This document shows, in pieces, positions 1-12,400 of a DNA stretch of 64,000 bases. The notes beneath the pieces were generated by a model. It worked only from the letters and a program-made list of their open reading frames with translations. It had not been told where the DNA came from and made no database searches. Made by a program: the position numbers and the translations under genes. Positions within the stretch are counted from its first letter, which is position 1. Every line of letters begins with the position of its first letter. The stretch lies in assembly GCA_002457675.1 (NCBI GenBank), contig NTKK01000005.1, positions 87,867 to 151,866 on the forward strand, given 5' to 3'. Source of the DNA: Bacteroidetes bacterium MED-G17 (lineage in GTDB: Bacteria; Bacteroidota; Bacteroidia; NS11-12g; UBA9320).

Positions 1-1228
1 TTAGCTCAAAACGCTCCGTGAGTCCAGGTTTACTTCGATGTTTTTTTGTAAGTGGCGACATTTCTTCTGGGTAATCTGTTATAAATGTAGGATTAATAAG
101 CTGATGCTCTACTTTGGCTCCAAAAATTTCATCAATCAATTTGGCTTTGCCCATACTTTTGTCCACTTCTATACCAAATGATTTCGCCAAGACGGCGAGT
201 TCTTCTTCAGTTTTGTTGACCACTTCCTCTCCTGTATATTCTTTGATTGCATCAAATAAAGATATTCTCTTCCAAGGCCTTTTAAAATCAATTTCTGACT
301 GCCCTACATTAAATTTAGTGCGTCCATAAACAGCTATTGCAGCTTTTTCCAGAAGTTCTTCTGTCATATCCATCATCCACTCATAATCTTTGTAGGCAAC
401 ATAAAGCTCAATCTGACTAAACTCTGGATTGTGTGTTCTGTCCATACCCTCATTTCTGAAATCTTTCGCAAATTCATAAACGCCATCAAATCCACCAACA
501 ATTAATCTTTTTAAGTAGAGTTCATTGGCAATTCTTAAATAAAGCGGTATATCTAAAGCATTGTGATGGGTAACAAAAGGTCTTGCCGCTGCCCCGCCTG
601 GTATAGATTGTAAAATAGGTGTTTCTACTTCTATGTACCCTTTCTCATTTAAAAAATCACGAATTACATTATATATTTTGGTTCTCTTTAAAAAAATTTC
701 CTTGTGCTGCGGATTAACAATTAAATCAACATAGCGCATTCGATAACGTTTCTCTGGATCGGTAAAAGCATCATAAATAATACCATCTTTTTCTTTTGGT
801 AGCGGCAATGGCCTCAATGATTTGCTTAGTATTTTTATACTTCTTACATGGACAGATACTTCACCTGTTTGCGTTTTAAAAACCTTTCCAGCTACCCCAA
901 GAATGTCGCCAATGTCCAAAAGTTTTTTAAACACTGTATTGTACATAGTTTTATCTTCACCAGGGCATATTTCATCTCTATTTATGTAAAACTGAATGCT
1001 CCCTTTGGTATCCTGAATTTTTGCAAAAGATGCCTTTCCCATGATTCTTCTGGACATCATTCTGCCTGCAATACGCACTTCTTGGCCTTCAAGTTCATCA
1101 AATTTGGAAATGATGTCTTCAGAGAAATGGCTTAACTCAAAACCGTCCGCAGGATAAGGATTAATATCTAACTCTTTTAGTTTATCTAATGAATTTCGTC
1201 GTATTTTTTCTTGTTCTGATAAAGACAT
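1..1228 (-). CDS. lysS: Lysine--tRNA ligase (class II); the 3' end runs off the window start
   Basis: Not in the ORF track because no stop lies inside the window. Reverse-strand translation from ATG 1228..1226 gives [30 protein letters not shown]... It has an OB-fold N-terminus and class II motifs ([31 protein letters not shown]). The frame stays open to nt 1. Confidence 0.9.
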   Translation of the reverse strand, partial: MSLSEQEKIRRNSLDKLKELDINPYPADGFELSHFSEDIISKFDELEGQEVRIAGRMMSRRIMGKASFAKIQDTKGSIQFYINRDEICPGEDKTMYNTVFKKLLDIGDILGVAGKVFKTQTGEVSVHVRSIKILSKSLRPLPLPKEKDGIIYDAFTDPEKRYRMRYVDLIVNPQHKEIFLKRTKIYNVIRDFLNEKGYIEVETPILQSIPGGAAARPFVTHHNALDIPLYLRIANELYLKRLIVGGFDGVYEFAKDFRNEGMDRTHNPEFSQIELYVAYKDYEWMMDMTEELLEKAAIAVYGRTKFNVGQSEIDFKRPWKRISLFDAIKEYTGEEVVNKTEEELAVLAKSFGIEVDKSMGKAKLIDEIFGAKVEHQLINPTFITDYPEEMSPLTKKHRSKPGLTERFEL

Positions 1229-1320
1229 AAACGCGATTAAAATGCGAATATACTTGAATAAAGGGCTTTTATTTATTTGAAACAGACCTAATTCAAGCCA
1301 TCTTTGTTAACTTTGAGTTT

Positions 1321-4300
1321 ATGCGTTTTAGCCTCATGCTTTGGATATTGATGTTACTATCAAATGCCTTTGGTCAAGACGCTTTTAATTTACCACAAAA
1401 AACTGACATTAGGTTTATCCCCAACCATGGTCAATTTCATCCTAAAGTTTTGTATCGGGCAGAAATTGAAAATGGTCATCTATTTGTAGAAAAAGATCGG
1501 TTAACTTTCCACCTAAAAAATTCAAATGATTTTCACAAGATCGTTGAGTATTGGCACCACACCTCTAATTCAACGGGGAATTTACGACTTCATTCCTTTA
1601 GTTTGATTTTTTCTCAATCTCCAAAATTTGTTGAACATTTCGGACTAGGAAAAGTACAGGAATATTATAATTTTTATTTGGGAAGTAATTCAGACAAGTG
1701 GGCTTCAAAAGTGCCTGGCTTTTTGAGTGTACAATTAAATAATATATTTCCTGGAACAAATATGTTGCTTTACTCAGTTGATGGGAAATTGAAATACGAC
1801 ATACAAGCAGAAACCCCAAACTTGGCAAAGAATTTTTTTTTCGAAGTCATTGGTTTAAAACGTTTCAAGCTAGATGCTAAAGGCAATTTGGTTTTCCATA
1901 CAAATGCAGGAATTATAAAGGATTCTAAACCAATTTCCTTTCAGAACTCCAACCAATATATAAAAAATATTGAAACCAATTTTGTTGTAACTCAACGTAA
2001 AGTATCTTTTGAATTTTCAGCGGCGACTGAGCCCGATGTACCGATTATAATTGACCCAACACTTATTTTTTCAACATATTCTGGTAGCAAAGCAGATAAT
2101 TTTGGCTACACTGCCACGTACAATTCTTTAGGCCATTTGTATGCCGGAGGAATCACAGACGCCACTACAACAGGTTACCCAACCACACTAGGTGCGTATC
2201 AAAAGGATGCAGTTGGTGGATTTAGCAGAAGTCCTGCCAATCTCCCTTGCGACATTACCATAAGTAAATACCAATCCAATGGTTCTAGTTTAATTTATGC
2301 AACCTATTTGGGCGGATCTGATAGCGAATTTCCTCATAGTTTGGTTGCCAGTAAGGATGATGAACTTTATATTTTTGGAACAAGCTATAGTGTTGATTAT
2401 CCCATATCCAAAAAGGCTTTTCAAAAGTCAAAATCAATAGGTACAGATATTATTGTTAGCAAACTGAATCACGCTGGCTCTAAGTTATTGGCCTCAACTT
2501 ATGTTGGGGGCAATGATGACGATGGCCTCAATAGTACAGCAGATTTGCGCTATAATTATGCAGATGATTTTAGAGGAGAAATAACCTTAGATGTCAATGA
2601 AGAAGTTTGGGTTGCATCTTCAACAAATTCAACTAATTTTCCAACACAAAACCCAAGCCAAAAAGACCTTAAAGGGTTTTTAGACGGTTGTATTTTTCAT
2701 CTAGATACCGGACTTTCACAAATGCGCTGGGGTACTTATTTCGGAGGAAAATCAAATGATGCTTTATACTCCATTGAATTGGATAAAAAACAAAATGTTT
2801 TTGTTTCGGGTGGCACAAAGTCTGATAGTTTAGATGTCGATACAATATATCAGCAAAAAAGAGGTGGAGACGTAGACGGTATAATCGCCAAGTTTGATAA
2901 AAACAATAAATTAGTTGCAAGCACTTATTGGGGTGGCCAGAAATATGACCAAATTTATTTTCTATCAATAGACTCAAAAGATCGTGTATACTTTGCTGGC
3001 CAAACAGAAAGTGCGCACCAAACCACGTCAGGAACATATGGTTCAAAAGATAAAGGCCAAATTATAGGTAGAATTAGTAACGATTTAAAAACACAACAAT
3101 TTCTTAGCGTTTTTGGTAATAGAAATAGAAAGCCTGACATCTCACCAACGGCTTTTTTGGTAGATAGGTGTTTTAATATTTACTTATCTGGTTGGGGTTC
3201 AAATACAGATCCAAGATCAAACCCTGGAAGTACAATTGGTCTTCCAATAACACAAGATGCTTTACAAAAAACAACCGATAGCAATGATTTTTACCTCATT
3301 GCACTAGAGCCCAATGCAAGCAATATTGGCTTTGCTTCTTTTTATGGCGGCGACTCTACAGAAGACCATGTTGACGGAGGAACCTCACGGTTTGATCCTC
3401 AGGGTATAGTTTACCAAAGTGTTTGCGCCTCTTGCCCAAACCCACCCAAGAGTAGCAAAAATCAAGTTTCTGATTTTCCGACAAGCTCAAATGCTGTTTA
3501 TAAAAAAAATTCTAGCCCAAGATGTAGCAATGCATCTTTCAAAATTGACTTTAGACTGTCTAAATCTGTAATAGCTGATTTTAAGGCAAGTCCTTTAGCT
3601 GGTTGTTCACCGCTTAAAGTTGACTTTACCAATTATTCCGAAAATGCCATTTCATACAAATGGATATTCACCCCCCAAGACACCAGCAAAGCAAAAAACC
3701 CAAGTTTTACTTTCAAAACTCCAGGTAAGTACACAGTTTTATTGGTTGCACGAAATGCCCTCTCTTGCAATAAGACAGACACTTTTGAGAGAGAAATTAA
3801 ACTTTACGATCATTCCAAAGCAAAATTTGTAGCAAAACCCAAACGATGTGAATTGTTGGTAGAATTTATAGATAGCTCAGAAAATGCTGCAAGTTATTTC
3901 TGGGATTTTGGCGACGGGAAAACAAGCACCAAAAAAAACCCAAGCCATTTGTATCGATTCAGTGGCAAATATCCTGTGCAACTTATTGTAGGTAGTGAAA
4001 CGGACTGTGTTGACACCTTCGAATCGAGTATTCGGGTTTTGATTAAAGATACCCTAAAAGCAGATTTTTCTATTCAGCCACCCGTCTCTTGCTTACCAGT
4101 TCATTATACACTAATCGACCAGTCCGATGGTGGGATGACTTTCAAATGGATTATAAATAACCAGTTAATTTCTGACTCAACCAAAGCATTTTTCAGAGTT
4201 ACAGACACCATTCCAAAAAATGTATACCTCATTGTTTTAGATACAAATAGGTGTAATGAGATCGATACTGCAACAAAAGTTTTACGGGCTTTTGACGAAG

Positions 4301-5313
4301 CTGTTGCCAATTTTGATGTCTTCTCTGATCCCTGTACTAGGAAAATTCAAGTGGTTAATGGATCTAAAAATGCAGACACTTATGCCTATACCTTATCAGA
4401 TGGAAGTGAAAATGATAGGTCAGATTTTAAGTATGAATTCGATACAGATGGAACAAAATCTATTCAACTCATTATCAATAAAGGAACAACTTGTGCAGAT
4501 ACAATAACCAAAACAATTGATGTCGAATTCAAGGATAGCCTAAGTGCTTTATTTGATATAAAGCCAAAAAGAGCCTGCCAACCAGTTTCTTTTACTATTG
4601 ACAATAAATCCTATAATGCTACAAGTTATTTATGGGACGTTGATAATGGACAAACACCCACAGGTTTTGAACCGCAGATGACCCTATCACAAGCTGGTAT
4701 ATACAAGGTCAGGCTCATTGTATCTAACCGAAATGCTTGTATAACAGATGATACTTTTACCCAGACAATTGAGGTAGTTCAAAAGCCGAAAGCGGAATTT
4801 ACTTACACCGCAGAAAACTGCAAATTTGATATTGAGTTGACAAATAACTCCGAAAATGCAAACAATTACCTCTGGCTATTACCAAATGACTCAACAAGTA
4901 GAGAAAAAGAGTTTACATTTTCCTTAAATGATACGGCAAAAAAAATGATACAATTGATTGCCAATCCAGACTCACTTTGTTCAGACACCGCACAATTATT
5001 GGTTGATTTAAATCCACTTTATGACAATAAATTGGAACTTTATAATGTATTTACACCTAATAACGACGGCGATAACGACTGCTTCTCTTTAGACGGGAAA
5101 ATAGGTGGTTGTAAAAATATAGAATGGAAAATATTTAACCGTTGGGGCGAAAAAGTATTTGAGTCTAAAAGCTTAAAATCCTGCTGGAACGGATATGACA
5201 AAAAACAAAAAAAATTGTATCCAGAAGGCGTCTATTTTGGCATAGTGAAAATATTTGATGATTCCTTAAGTTTGCAACACACAATAAGCATCAGTATCAC
5301 GTTACTAAATTAG
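1321..5313 (+). CDS. Secreted SBBP beta-propeller / PKD-repeat protein with C-terminal CHU_C (T9SS type B) sorting domain, 1330 aa
   Basis: Signal peptide MRFSLMLWILMLLSNAFG|QD. SBBP-type repeats are present (YATYLGGSDSE, ASTYVGGNDDDG, WGTYFGGKSND, ASTYWGGQKYD, FASFYGGDSTED). There are about six PKD-like modules (e.g. YFWDFGDGKTSTKKNPSHLY). The C-terminus reads YNVFTPNNDGDNDCF..IFNRWGEKVFES..CWNGYDKK..YPEGVYFGIV. Confidence 0.85.
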   Translation: MRFSLMLWILMLLSNAFGQDAFNLPQKTDIRFIPNHGQFHPKVLYRAEIENGHLFVEKDRLTFHLKNSNDFHKIVEYWHHTSNSTGNLRLHSFSLIFSQSPKFVEHFGLGKVQEYYNFYLGSNSDKWASKVPGFLSVQLNNIFPGTNMLLYSVDGKLKYDIQAETPNLAKNFFFEVIGLKRFKLDAKGNLVFHTNAGIIKDSKPISFQNSNQYIKNIETNFVVTQRKVSFEFSAATEPDVPIIIDPTLIFSTYSGSKADNFGYTATYNSLGHLYAGGITDATTTGYPTTLGAYQKDAVGGFSRSPANLPCDITISKYQSNGSSLIYATYLGGSDSEFPHSLVASKDDELYIFGTSYSVDYPISKKAFQKSKSIGTDIIVSKLNHAGSKLLASTYVGGNDDDGLNSTADLRYNYADDFRGEITLDVNEEVWVASSTNSTNFPTQNPSQKDLKGFLDGCIFHLDTGLSQMRWGTYFGGKSNDALYSIELDKKQNVFVSGGTKSDSLDVDTIYQQKRGGDVDGIIAKFDKNNKLVASTYWGGQKYDQIYFLSIDSKDRVYFAGQTESAHQTTSGTYGSKDKGQIIGRISNDLKTQQFLSVFGNRNRKPDISPTAFLVDRCFNIYLSGWGSNTDPRSNPGSTIGLPITQDALQKTTDSNDFYLIALEPNASNIGFASFYGGDSTEDHVDGGTSRFDPQGIVYQSVCASCPNPPKSSKNQVSDFPTSSNAVYKKNSSPRCSNASFKIDFRLSKSVIADFKASPLAGCSPLKVDFTNYSENAISYKWIFTPQDTSKAKNPSFTFKTPGKYTVLLVARNALSCNKTDTFEREIKLYDHSKAKFVAKPKRCELLVEFIDSSENAASYFWDFGDGKTSTKKNPSHLYRFSGKYPVQLIVGSETDCVDTFESSIRVLIKDTLKADFSIQPPVSCLPVHYTLIDQSDGGMTFKWIINNQLISDSTKAFFRVTDTIPKNVYLIVLDTNRCNEIDTATKVLRAFDEAVANFDVFSDPCTRKIQVVNGSKNADTYAYTLSDGSENDRSDFKYEFDTDGTKSIQLIINKGTTCADTITKTIDVEFKDSLSALFDIKPKRACQPVSFTIDNKSYNATSYLWDVDNGQTPTGFEPQMTLSQAGIYKVRLIVSNRNACITDDTFTQTIEVVQKPKAEFTYTAENCKFDIELTNNSENANNYLWLLPNDSTSREKEFTFSLNDTAKKMIQLIANPDSLCSDTAQLLVDLNPLYDNKLELYNVFTPNNDGDNDCFSLDGKIGGCKNIEWKIFNRWGEKVFESKSLKSCWNGYDKKQKKLYPEGVYFGIVKIFDDSLSLQHTISISITLLN

Positions 5314-5315
5314 TT

Positions 5316-5456
5316 ATGAACAAAAACAAAAATTTATGGATTACATTGGCTTTGGTTGCCGCTTTCGCATTTTCTTCTTGTAAAACTTATGTAGCTCCTT
5401 ATGATGGACCTACAACATCATCTTTGGATGCCCAACCAGACAACAAAAAGTCTTAA
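5316..5456 (+). CDS. Putative 46-aa lipoprotein (small ORF below the track cut-off)
   Basis: ATG 5316 to TAA 5454..5456 encodes MNKNKNLWITLALVAAFAFSSCKTYVAPYDGPTTSSLDAQPDNKKS. It has a basic n-region, a hydrophobic core and a lipobox-like FSS|C. It starts 3 nt after the stop of the 1330-aa gene. Confidence 0.45.
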   Translation: MNKNKNLWITLALVAAFAFSSCKTYVAPYDGPTTSSLDAQPDNKKS

Positions 5457-5469
5457 TTTATACTATAGG

Positions 5470-6339
5470 TTAGGCCAATATTTCCGCAACCTTTGATCCT
5501 ATTTCTGCGGGAGAGTCTACTACGTGGATTCCACAAGAACGCATAATGGCCTTTTTCGCTTGAGCTGTATCGTCAGCGCCGCCTACGATGGCGCCTGCAT
5601 GTCCCATTCGCCTTCCTTTTGGGGCCGTTTCGCCAGCAATAAAACCTACCACAGGTTTGTTGCCATTTTCTTTTACCCATTTAGCAGCAGTAGCTTCCAT
5701 ATCTCCGCCAATTTCTCCAATCATTACTACCGCGTCCGTTTCGTCGTCCTGCATAAATAGTTTCATTGCATCTAACATGCTCGTACCGATAATTGGGTCT
5801 CCGCCAATACCTATGGCCGTAGATTGGCCCAATCCTTCTTTTGTAATTTGATCAACTGCTTCATAGGTTAAAGTTCCAGATTTTGATATTAAACCTATTC
5901 TTCCTTTTTGAAATATAAACCCTGGCATGATGCCAATTTTTGCTTCTCCTGGCGTGATTATGCCCGGACAATTGGGGCCAATCAAGATAGCATCTTTGCC
6001 ATCTGCATATTTTTTAGCATCTATCATGTCTTTTACAGGGATACCCTCCGTAATTGCAACGATTACACCAATTCCAGCATCTGCTGCTTCCATTATAGCG
6101 TCTGCTGCAAATGGAGGTGGAACAAATATGATAGAAACATTCGCTTGTGTTTCATTTACGGCTTCTTTCACGGTATTAAATACGGGCAGATCAAGATGAT
6201 ATTGGCCTCCTTTGCCTGGTGTAACACCACCAACTAATTGTGAACCATATTCAATCATTTGAGTGGCGTGAAAACTGCCCTCTTTACCTGTAAAACCTTG
6301 GACTAAAATTTTAGAATCTTTATTGACTAGAATGCTCAT
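5470..6339 (-). CDS. sucD: Succinate--CoA ligase (ADP-forming) subunit alpha
   Basis: The conserved N-terminus [24 protein letters not shown] begins at ATG 6339; the track ORF extends to 6393. Motifs seen: [17 protein letters not shown] and the phosphohistidine loop MGHAGAI. Confidence 0.93.
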   Translation of the reverse strand: MSILVNKDSKILVQGFTGKEGSFHATQMIEYGSQLVGGVTPGKGGQYHLDLPVFNTVKEAVNETQANVSIIFVPPPFAADAIMEAADAGIGVIVAITEGIPVKDMIDAKKYADGKDAILIGPNCPGIITPGEAKIGIMPGFIFQKGRIGLISKSGTLTYEAVDQITKEGLGQSTAIGIGGDPIIGTSMLDAMKLFMQDDETDAVVMIGEIGGDMEATAAKWVKENGNKPVVGFIAGETAPKGRRMGHAGAIVGGADDTAQAKKAIMRSCGIHVVDSPAEIGSKVAEILA

Positions 6340-6350
6340 AATCGACCTGT

Positions 6351-6358
6351 CAAAGATA
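6351..6358 (-). promoter_or_regulatory. Candidate Bacteroidetes -7 promoter box (TATCTTTG) for sucD
   Basis: Exact match to TAnnTTTG on the minus strand, 11 nt upstream of ATG 6339 and downstream of the terminator at 6423..6459. It lies inside the longer track ORF, which supports the 6339 start. Confidence 0.3.
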
Positions 6359-6422
6359 TTGTTATCCAAACGACTTTTTAAAACCAAAAACAATATTTGG
6401 TTCTAAAAAGGAAAGATTCTAT

Positions 6423-6459
6423 AAAAAAAACCTCGCGCAGATTGCAGCGAGGTTTTTTT
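6423..6459 (-). terminator. Rho-independent terminator after the 2064-aa gene
   Basis: aaaaaaaaCCTCGCgcagattgcaGCGAGGttttttt: a 6-bp GC-rich stem flanked by A8 and T7 runs. It starts 17 nt past the TAG at 6476..6478 and reads as a terminator on either strand. Confidence 0.75.
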
Positions 6460-6475
6460 GAAGATTACATTTTAC

Positions 6476-9400
6476 CTATTTATCTCTCAATAGGGTAACC
6501 TGACCGCTGATTGGACCAAGTCCATCATTTTCAGGTTTAGCTCTTAATCTGTACTCCAGTATGTAAAAATAAACACCCTGTGGACACTCTTTTTTGCCTT
6601 TGTTCATTACCGTTCCATCCCAATCCACTTCTGAATCCTCACTCTCAAACACCAACTCACCCCAACGGTTAAAGATTTTAATGCTGTATTCCTCATGACC
6701 CTCAATACTTGGATTAAAGAAATCATTGTCTCCATCCCCATTTGGAGTAAATACGTTATAAGGTATAATTTCAGATAGGAATTCATTTTTAACCTCCAAT
6801 CGGAATGTGTCCTTACATCCAAATGCACTTACAGCGATTAACCACACATCATATTCATCGCCACCATTTCTATTGATTACTTCACCATAGTTGTGCACTG
6901 GTTCATATTCCGTACTCATTATTTGGAAAGGAGCATCATAGTCAAAATCCCACTCATAGCCTACCGCATTTGAGGATAAGTTGATGAATTTGAATTCAGG
7001 TTGTTCATAAGAACTATCTATTTCAAATTCAGCCTTTACGTAGTCCACATAGACATAGATAGTATCGTTGGAAGGACATTCCGGAGTGAAGGGATCTCCA
7101 TCGTCCCAATCTGGAATAAGTATCACCCGTTTCAAGCCACTAGATTGCCACCTATGCGTTACTTGGAAACCTGACTTTATTTCGGTTGTTGAAGAATCTT
7201 CTTCAATAAGCCATGTCCATTCTGTGTAAAGCGGTTGATTTGAACTGTCTGTGAATGTCACCAACTCTTTTACACAAACTGTATCTTTATCTGCATGTGC
7301 TTTGGTCTTTAATCTTGGGAGCACAGTTACTTTAAAATAACGCGGTTCCAAAATATCAGGGCTGGGGTCAGGGAAGATAACATCGCACCGGTCAGTAAAT
7401 CCAGTGATTTTATCAGATTGTCTTAAATAAACGTAGTATACCCCTGTGTCCTTATAAACATGAATGGCTGTATCTTGGAATTTTCTTGCATTTTCTTGGG
7501 AACTATCTCCCCAATTAAAGTACCAAATGGTACTGTCATCAATTGGGTAAGTTGGTGTTGGACTAATATTGTTAGCAAAAACACTATCTCCAAGACAAAT
7601 GGTTATGGAGTCTCCTTGTCCAAAATTGTTCAAGAATTCAAATTCTGGCTCTGGTCCAATTATGTAAACCTGCTTGATAATACTGTCTTCACAACCAAGT
7701 GCAGAACGTACTTTTAACTTCACTGAAAAATAGCCCCTAGATGTATAAACATGGGCGGGATTTCTCAATAAACTTCTTTGTGTACCATCTCCAAAATCCC
7801 ATTCCCAGTAAACCACACTGTCACAACGAAGAGAATTTGAATCTGCACAAACTTCTGACCTACAAGGGTCAAGCACATAGGAAGAGTCAAAAAAGAAGAA
7901 ATCATCATCACAGCTGTTTACTGTATCATTGAGATAGAAATTTGGAATCACGTCAGTCACATATACTTTTACTTTAGAAGTATCTCTACATCCCAAGCTG
8001 TCTTCAGTTGCGATACGAATTATTTTAGGTCCTGGTGTTGAATAGGTCCATTCTCTAAATTCTACAGATGTTCGCCAGTTTTCTGCATCGCTGGTGTCAT
8101 AGTCAATATATTTTTTCTCTTTGATGGCGAAACGAGAAGGCGCTTCCCAGAAACCTCTTGGATCAATCGGGAAGAACTGAGGGAATGCATCTCCATTATC
8201 GGCTGCATAGTATCTGATACTGTCTTCCACACGCAATGTTTGACCTTCGCACAATGACTCGACTGTTTTGAATTCCCTGAAATAACCAACATTTAGCAAT
8301 ATGTTGGCGCGGGTTTCGCAATTGTCAATGTTAAGCATTCGTACATTGGGCACCATTGGACCTTCCCAGTCTATCGTAACGGATGGAATGGTATCAAACT
8401 CTGTTGGGTTTCCTCTATTGTCAAACTTAGAAGGCACAATAAGTGTATCCACTACAGGTACATCTGGATAATAATTTTCATATAGCCTTCTATCAGCTAA
8501 ACTCGCACAAGAATCAAAGAAAGGTATGGGCATCCTATAGATTAATTTGTACACGCCTGGCACGGTATCTCCTTGCGCAAAGGTGTCAATTGGCATGTTC
8601 AAGTTTCTAGGGGTAATCATTGTGTCATATCCTTGAAGCGAGCTATCTCTAAAATGTAGTATTTGTTCTATGATTGTACTATCACTCATGCTCGAATCTG
8701 TATACTGATAAACGAACTCATCATGACGTTTTGTTAAATAAGTGATTCTTTCATTCCTAAACTCAAAGTCATCACTAAAGCCAGAAGTGTCAACGCATCC
8801 ATAAGTACCATCTCCCAAGTAATAAGCTACATCTGTTTTGGGGATTTTTCTGTAATCAAGTCCTTCGCTTTCAAATGCCTCAATAATGGCGTCAGTAGCA
8901 CCTTTATCATCTACTTTAACCACAAAATCTCTCAAGATAGCTGTCACAATGGTATCAAGGGTTTCCAAATAGAAACGTTCCTTACCATTAAGATTCAAGA
9001 AATTTCGGGCACGATAGCGGACCACGAAGTTGTAATGCCAATCTTCGCCATCATAGTTGATATTGCTATCATTTCTAGTTGGGCTTGGCCCTTTATAGGG
9101 TACGAAATATTCGAACAATTCGTAATACTGATCAAGGGGAGAATAATCCACTGTGGTATTTTCACCGGTAAATTGCTTGATGATCTGGTAACCATGATTC
9201 ACTTCAAGCTTTTGGATACCATCTTGTAATTCATAGTGTAATTTGATGTATGCAGTGTCTCCAAAACAAATGTACCTGGGTGTATTATTTGGGGAGATCA
9301 TTTCAAAATTAGCAGACAATAAGTTGATTCTAAAAATGTCACTATACCAAGCGGTATCTGTACATTCAGGCGCAATTGGTGTGGTAGTAACCGTAGTATC

Positions 9401-12400
9401 AATTCTTAAAATGCTCGGAGGATTGGTAGTATTGTCAAAAAGTGTATCATAAGTAACCAAGAAATTAGGCGGTCCGTTGCCAATGATAAGTCCCAAAGTG
9501 AAGGACCCAGTTTTTGTATTCCTACCCGCTAAATTATTGGCTGTATAACGTTGAACAAATGTGGTCCCCCATTGTAAAATCATCGGATAAGGCATAATAA
9601 AGGGAAGCGGGCTCGGATTTGTTTTTGGTGGAGCTAAGATGCCTCCGCTTTTGTAATTCACCCAATTATTTTTACCCGCAAGCGAGTCAAAATTCACCTC
9701 AAACCACTGCTGTGAACAACCTGGTTTTGTCTCCCTCAAATGAAATTGAAGCGTATAGTCTTCTGCCCTTGCAGGATCAAAAGGGCAAGGTTCACCACTT
9801 TCCCACACCAATACTTCTGCATTTGGTGGCATAAGGGCTAAACTAACATTTCCTGTTGCCTCACAAAAAGGTGGGGTAACGGTGTCTTTATGATATAAAC
9901 TTACATTAAAACACTGCACCGTATTTTGGTAAAAATCACTTCGGTGGAAAGCAGGATCTACAACAATTTGCTGGCGTACAACAAATGTATCCACAAGTTC
10001 ACCATTGATTGTCATCACTGTATCTTTAATAAATGTACTTGCCGTAGCAGTTATTAACCTTCCTGCCTCAAAATCATAGGCAGGTTCTGGAAACAATGTA
10101 TCACATACAGTTTCTAAGGTAAACTGATCATCTGACTCCAACGTGAAAGTTGTAGGACCATTATATGTTGTAATATTTTGTGGATTGGTGGCAACATTTA
10201 TGACTTCCACCACACCAGAATTGATGTATTTGTATTTTTCAATATTCCCATCAACCACTGTAGAAATAGTTGGTCCTACAACGATGGAATCACTCAAGGT
10301 ATTAACCCTTACAATTAGACCCGTTTCATCGACGGAATAATACGTGCCAGAAATCCATTTAATTACCGCATCTTTAGGCACCTTTACCAAAGCATTGAAT
10401 GTTTGTCCTGCAGTAGCAGTATCATTGATTACAAGGGTGTTGCTATCATAGTACTCCAAATTGGTATCGGCATAAATAACTGACTGCGCAGGCAGTAGGA
10501 TATAACCGTCAATAGGCATTACGAATGTGTCGAGAGCAAAAATATTTTTTTCAAAAATTTGGGCAGAATTTGCTGCAACTGCTTTGCTTAATTCTTCCTC
10601 TACATTTGAATACTTTGTTGGTACGAATACATCTAAAACATCAGGAATTCTGACAAAGCTATCCGGCCATACATTTACATCGAAACATTGTCTAGCATTT
10701 TTGCTAAGTAAAGTTCTTCTTACGGGCTGACTTATAAATTGAAAGTTGTTTCCTTCATAGTATGTCGTTTCCCAAGGCGTATACCAGTGAACAGGTAAGC
10801 TGTCTAATGAAAAATTACAATTTTTCCCTATGTTTTTGCCTGCCCTTGTGTCAGTTGTACATTGTGGAGCATATTGATCCCCAAAGGACCACAAACGATA
10901 AACATGGGTTTTGAATGGACCTGTTCCTGGAGGATCAGGATAGGGAATTGCAGTTTGATCGCCAGATCTAGTAGCAGTGTCATAATTGAACGCATACTCA
11001 AACTCATAAGTAGAATCTAAACGAACCACTATGGAGTCATAAATGATTTGCCCATTAAAATAGACACTGTCATTACCACCAAAATATCTTAAAGTAGTGT
11101 CCGATAAAAAAATAGTATCTGCTGGAACAGTGTACTTGGTAGGCACGCCTCCTATAAGCCCAAAAGTATCTTTTTGATAAATACCAAACATGGGGATATT
11201 TACACCATTTATGGTGAAACTTGTGTCTTGTCCAATGAGGATCATGGTATCTTTAGTTATTGAACTTAAATGATATCTTGTAAGCTTTCTAACCAAAAAA
11301 GTATCCAATCTATTGCAGCTCATTGAGGTATCAAATTCATGTAATTCTATGACTGGGACACCTGGTTCTCTTTTACTTACCGTTACAACTTCGTCAAAAA
11401 TATTGTCATCGTTTCCAAAGAAAGATGAAGCATTGGTGAAATGAATTGAATCACGAATAATACACTGGTATTTTTCTTCTTCTGGGATAAAAGTAACCAT
11501 GGGTATCTCTATGGTGGAGGCAGGCCCCAACCTTAGGATAGTATCATAGGCCATAACATCACAAGGCCCTTGAACAATTCTACAAGATATCATCCATGGT
11601 CCATTAGGATGCGAACGAGTTGGGTTTGCATTTTGATTGTCAAAATTTACATTAGGTGGCCAAGGTGGATTACCGAAATTCCATAAAAATTGTGAACCGG
11701 GTGGCATTCCACCTTCTATTTCAAATGTTACTTCATCACTTCCAGTACAAGAGGTATCCATACTTGCAAGAATTTTAGGTTCGAGTACAAAGTTTGTTGC
11801 TGCCGCTTTGTAAGTGAAAGAATCAATACAGCCAAATTTGGCTTCCACAGTGAGTCTCGCATCAAAAGTCCCATCGGTTTTATAAAGGTGACACACCCTT
11901 CTTTTCCATGCATTAGAATCTGCGGGCGGATAAAAGGTATCTATCGTACCATCACCGTAATCCCAAATAAATGATTTTACACTGTCGAAAGGTAGCGTTG
12001 ATAGGTTGGTGATACAAGCGGTTGTTGTGTCACAGCCTATGGGCGCATTCGAACTAATTTTTACACCAAGCTTTGGAAATACTTCTATATAATCAGACAA
12101 TTTTACGGACGATACGCAGCCATTGGCATCCACGGCTTTAATATTTAATCCATATTTCCCGCCCTGTTGATCAATAACAGAGTGACAGAATTGTAAAGGA
12201 TATGATGGATTGTCGAATACATAATTTCCACCATCATCAAAAATAAACGTTTGTTTCACTATGCTGCTTCCTGGAGCTGCTGAAGTGGTGTCTAAAAAAC
12301 AAAATTTATTGCCTTCAAAACACTGCGTAGAAGAATTGGTAAGAATGTTGAATATTTTTGGTGAGGGTTTCACAACCAGTTTGAAACTATCTTCACAGGC

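Noticed and set aside
1308-1315. TAACTTTG (exact TAnnTTTG) just upstream of the 1330-aa gene, considered as its promoter.
   Set aside because: It ends only 5 nt before the ATG at 1321. The transcript would therefore be essentially leaderless or start inside the ORF. It is plausible but not supportable without TSS data.
5470-6339. sucD stands alone without sucC, sandwiched between two giant adhesin genes. I considered this a possible sign of rearrangement or an island boundary.
   Set aside because: Unlinked sucC and sucD are, as far as I recall, common in Bacteroidota. sucD has its own candidate promoter and an intact sequence. Nothing else marks an insertion.
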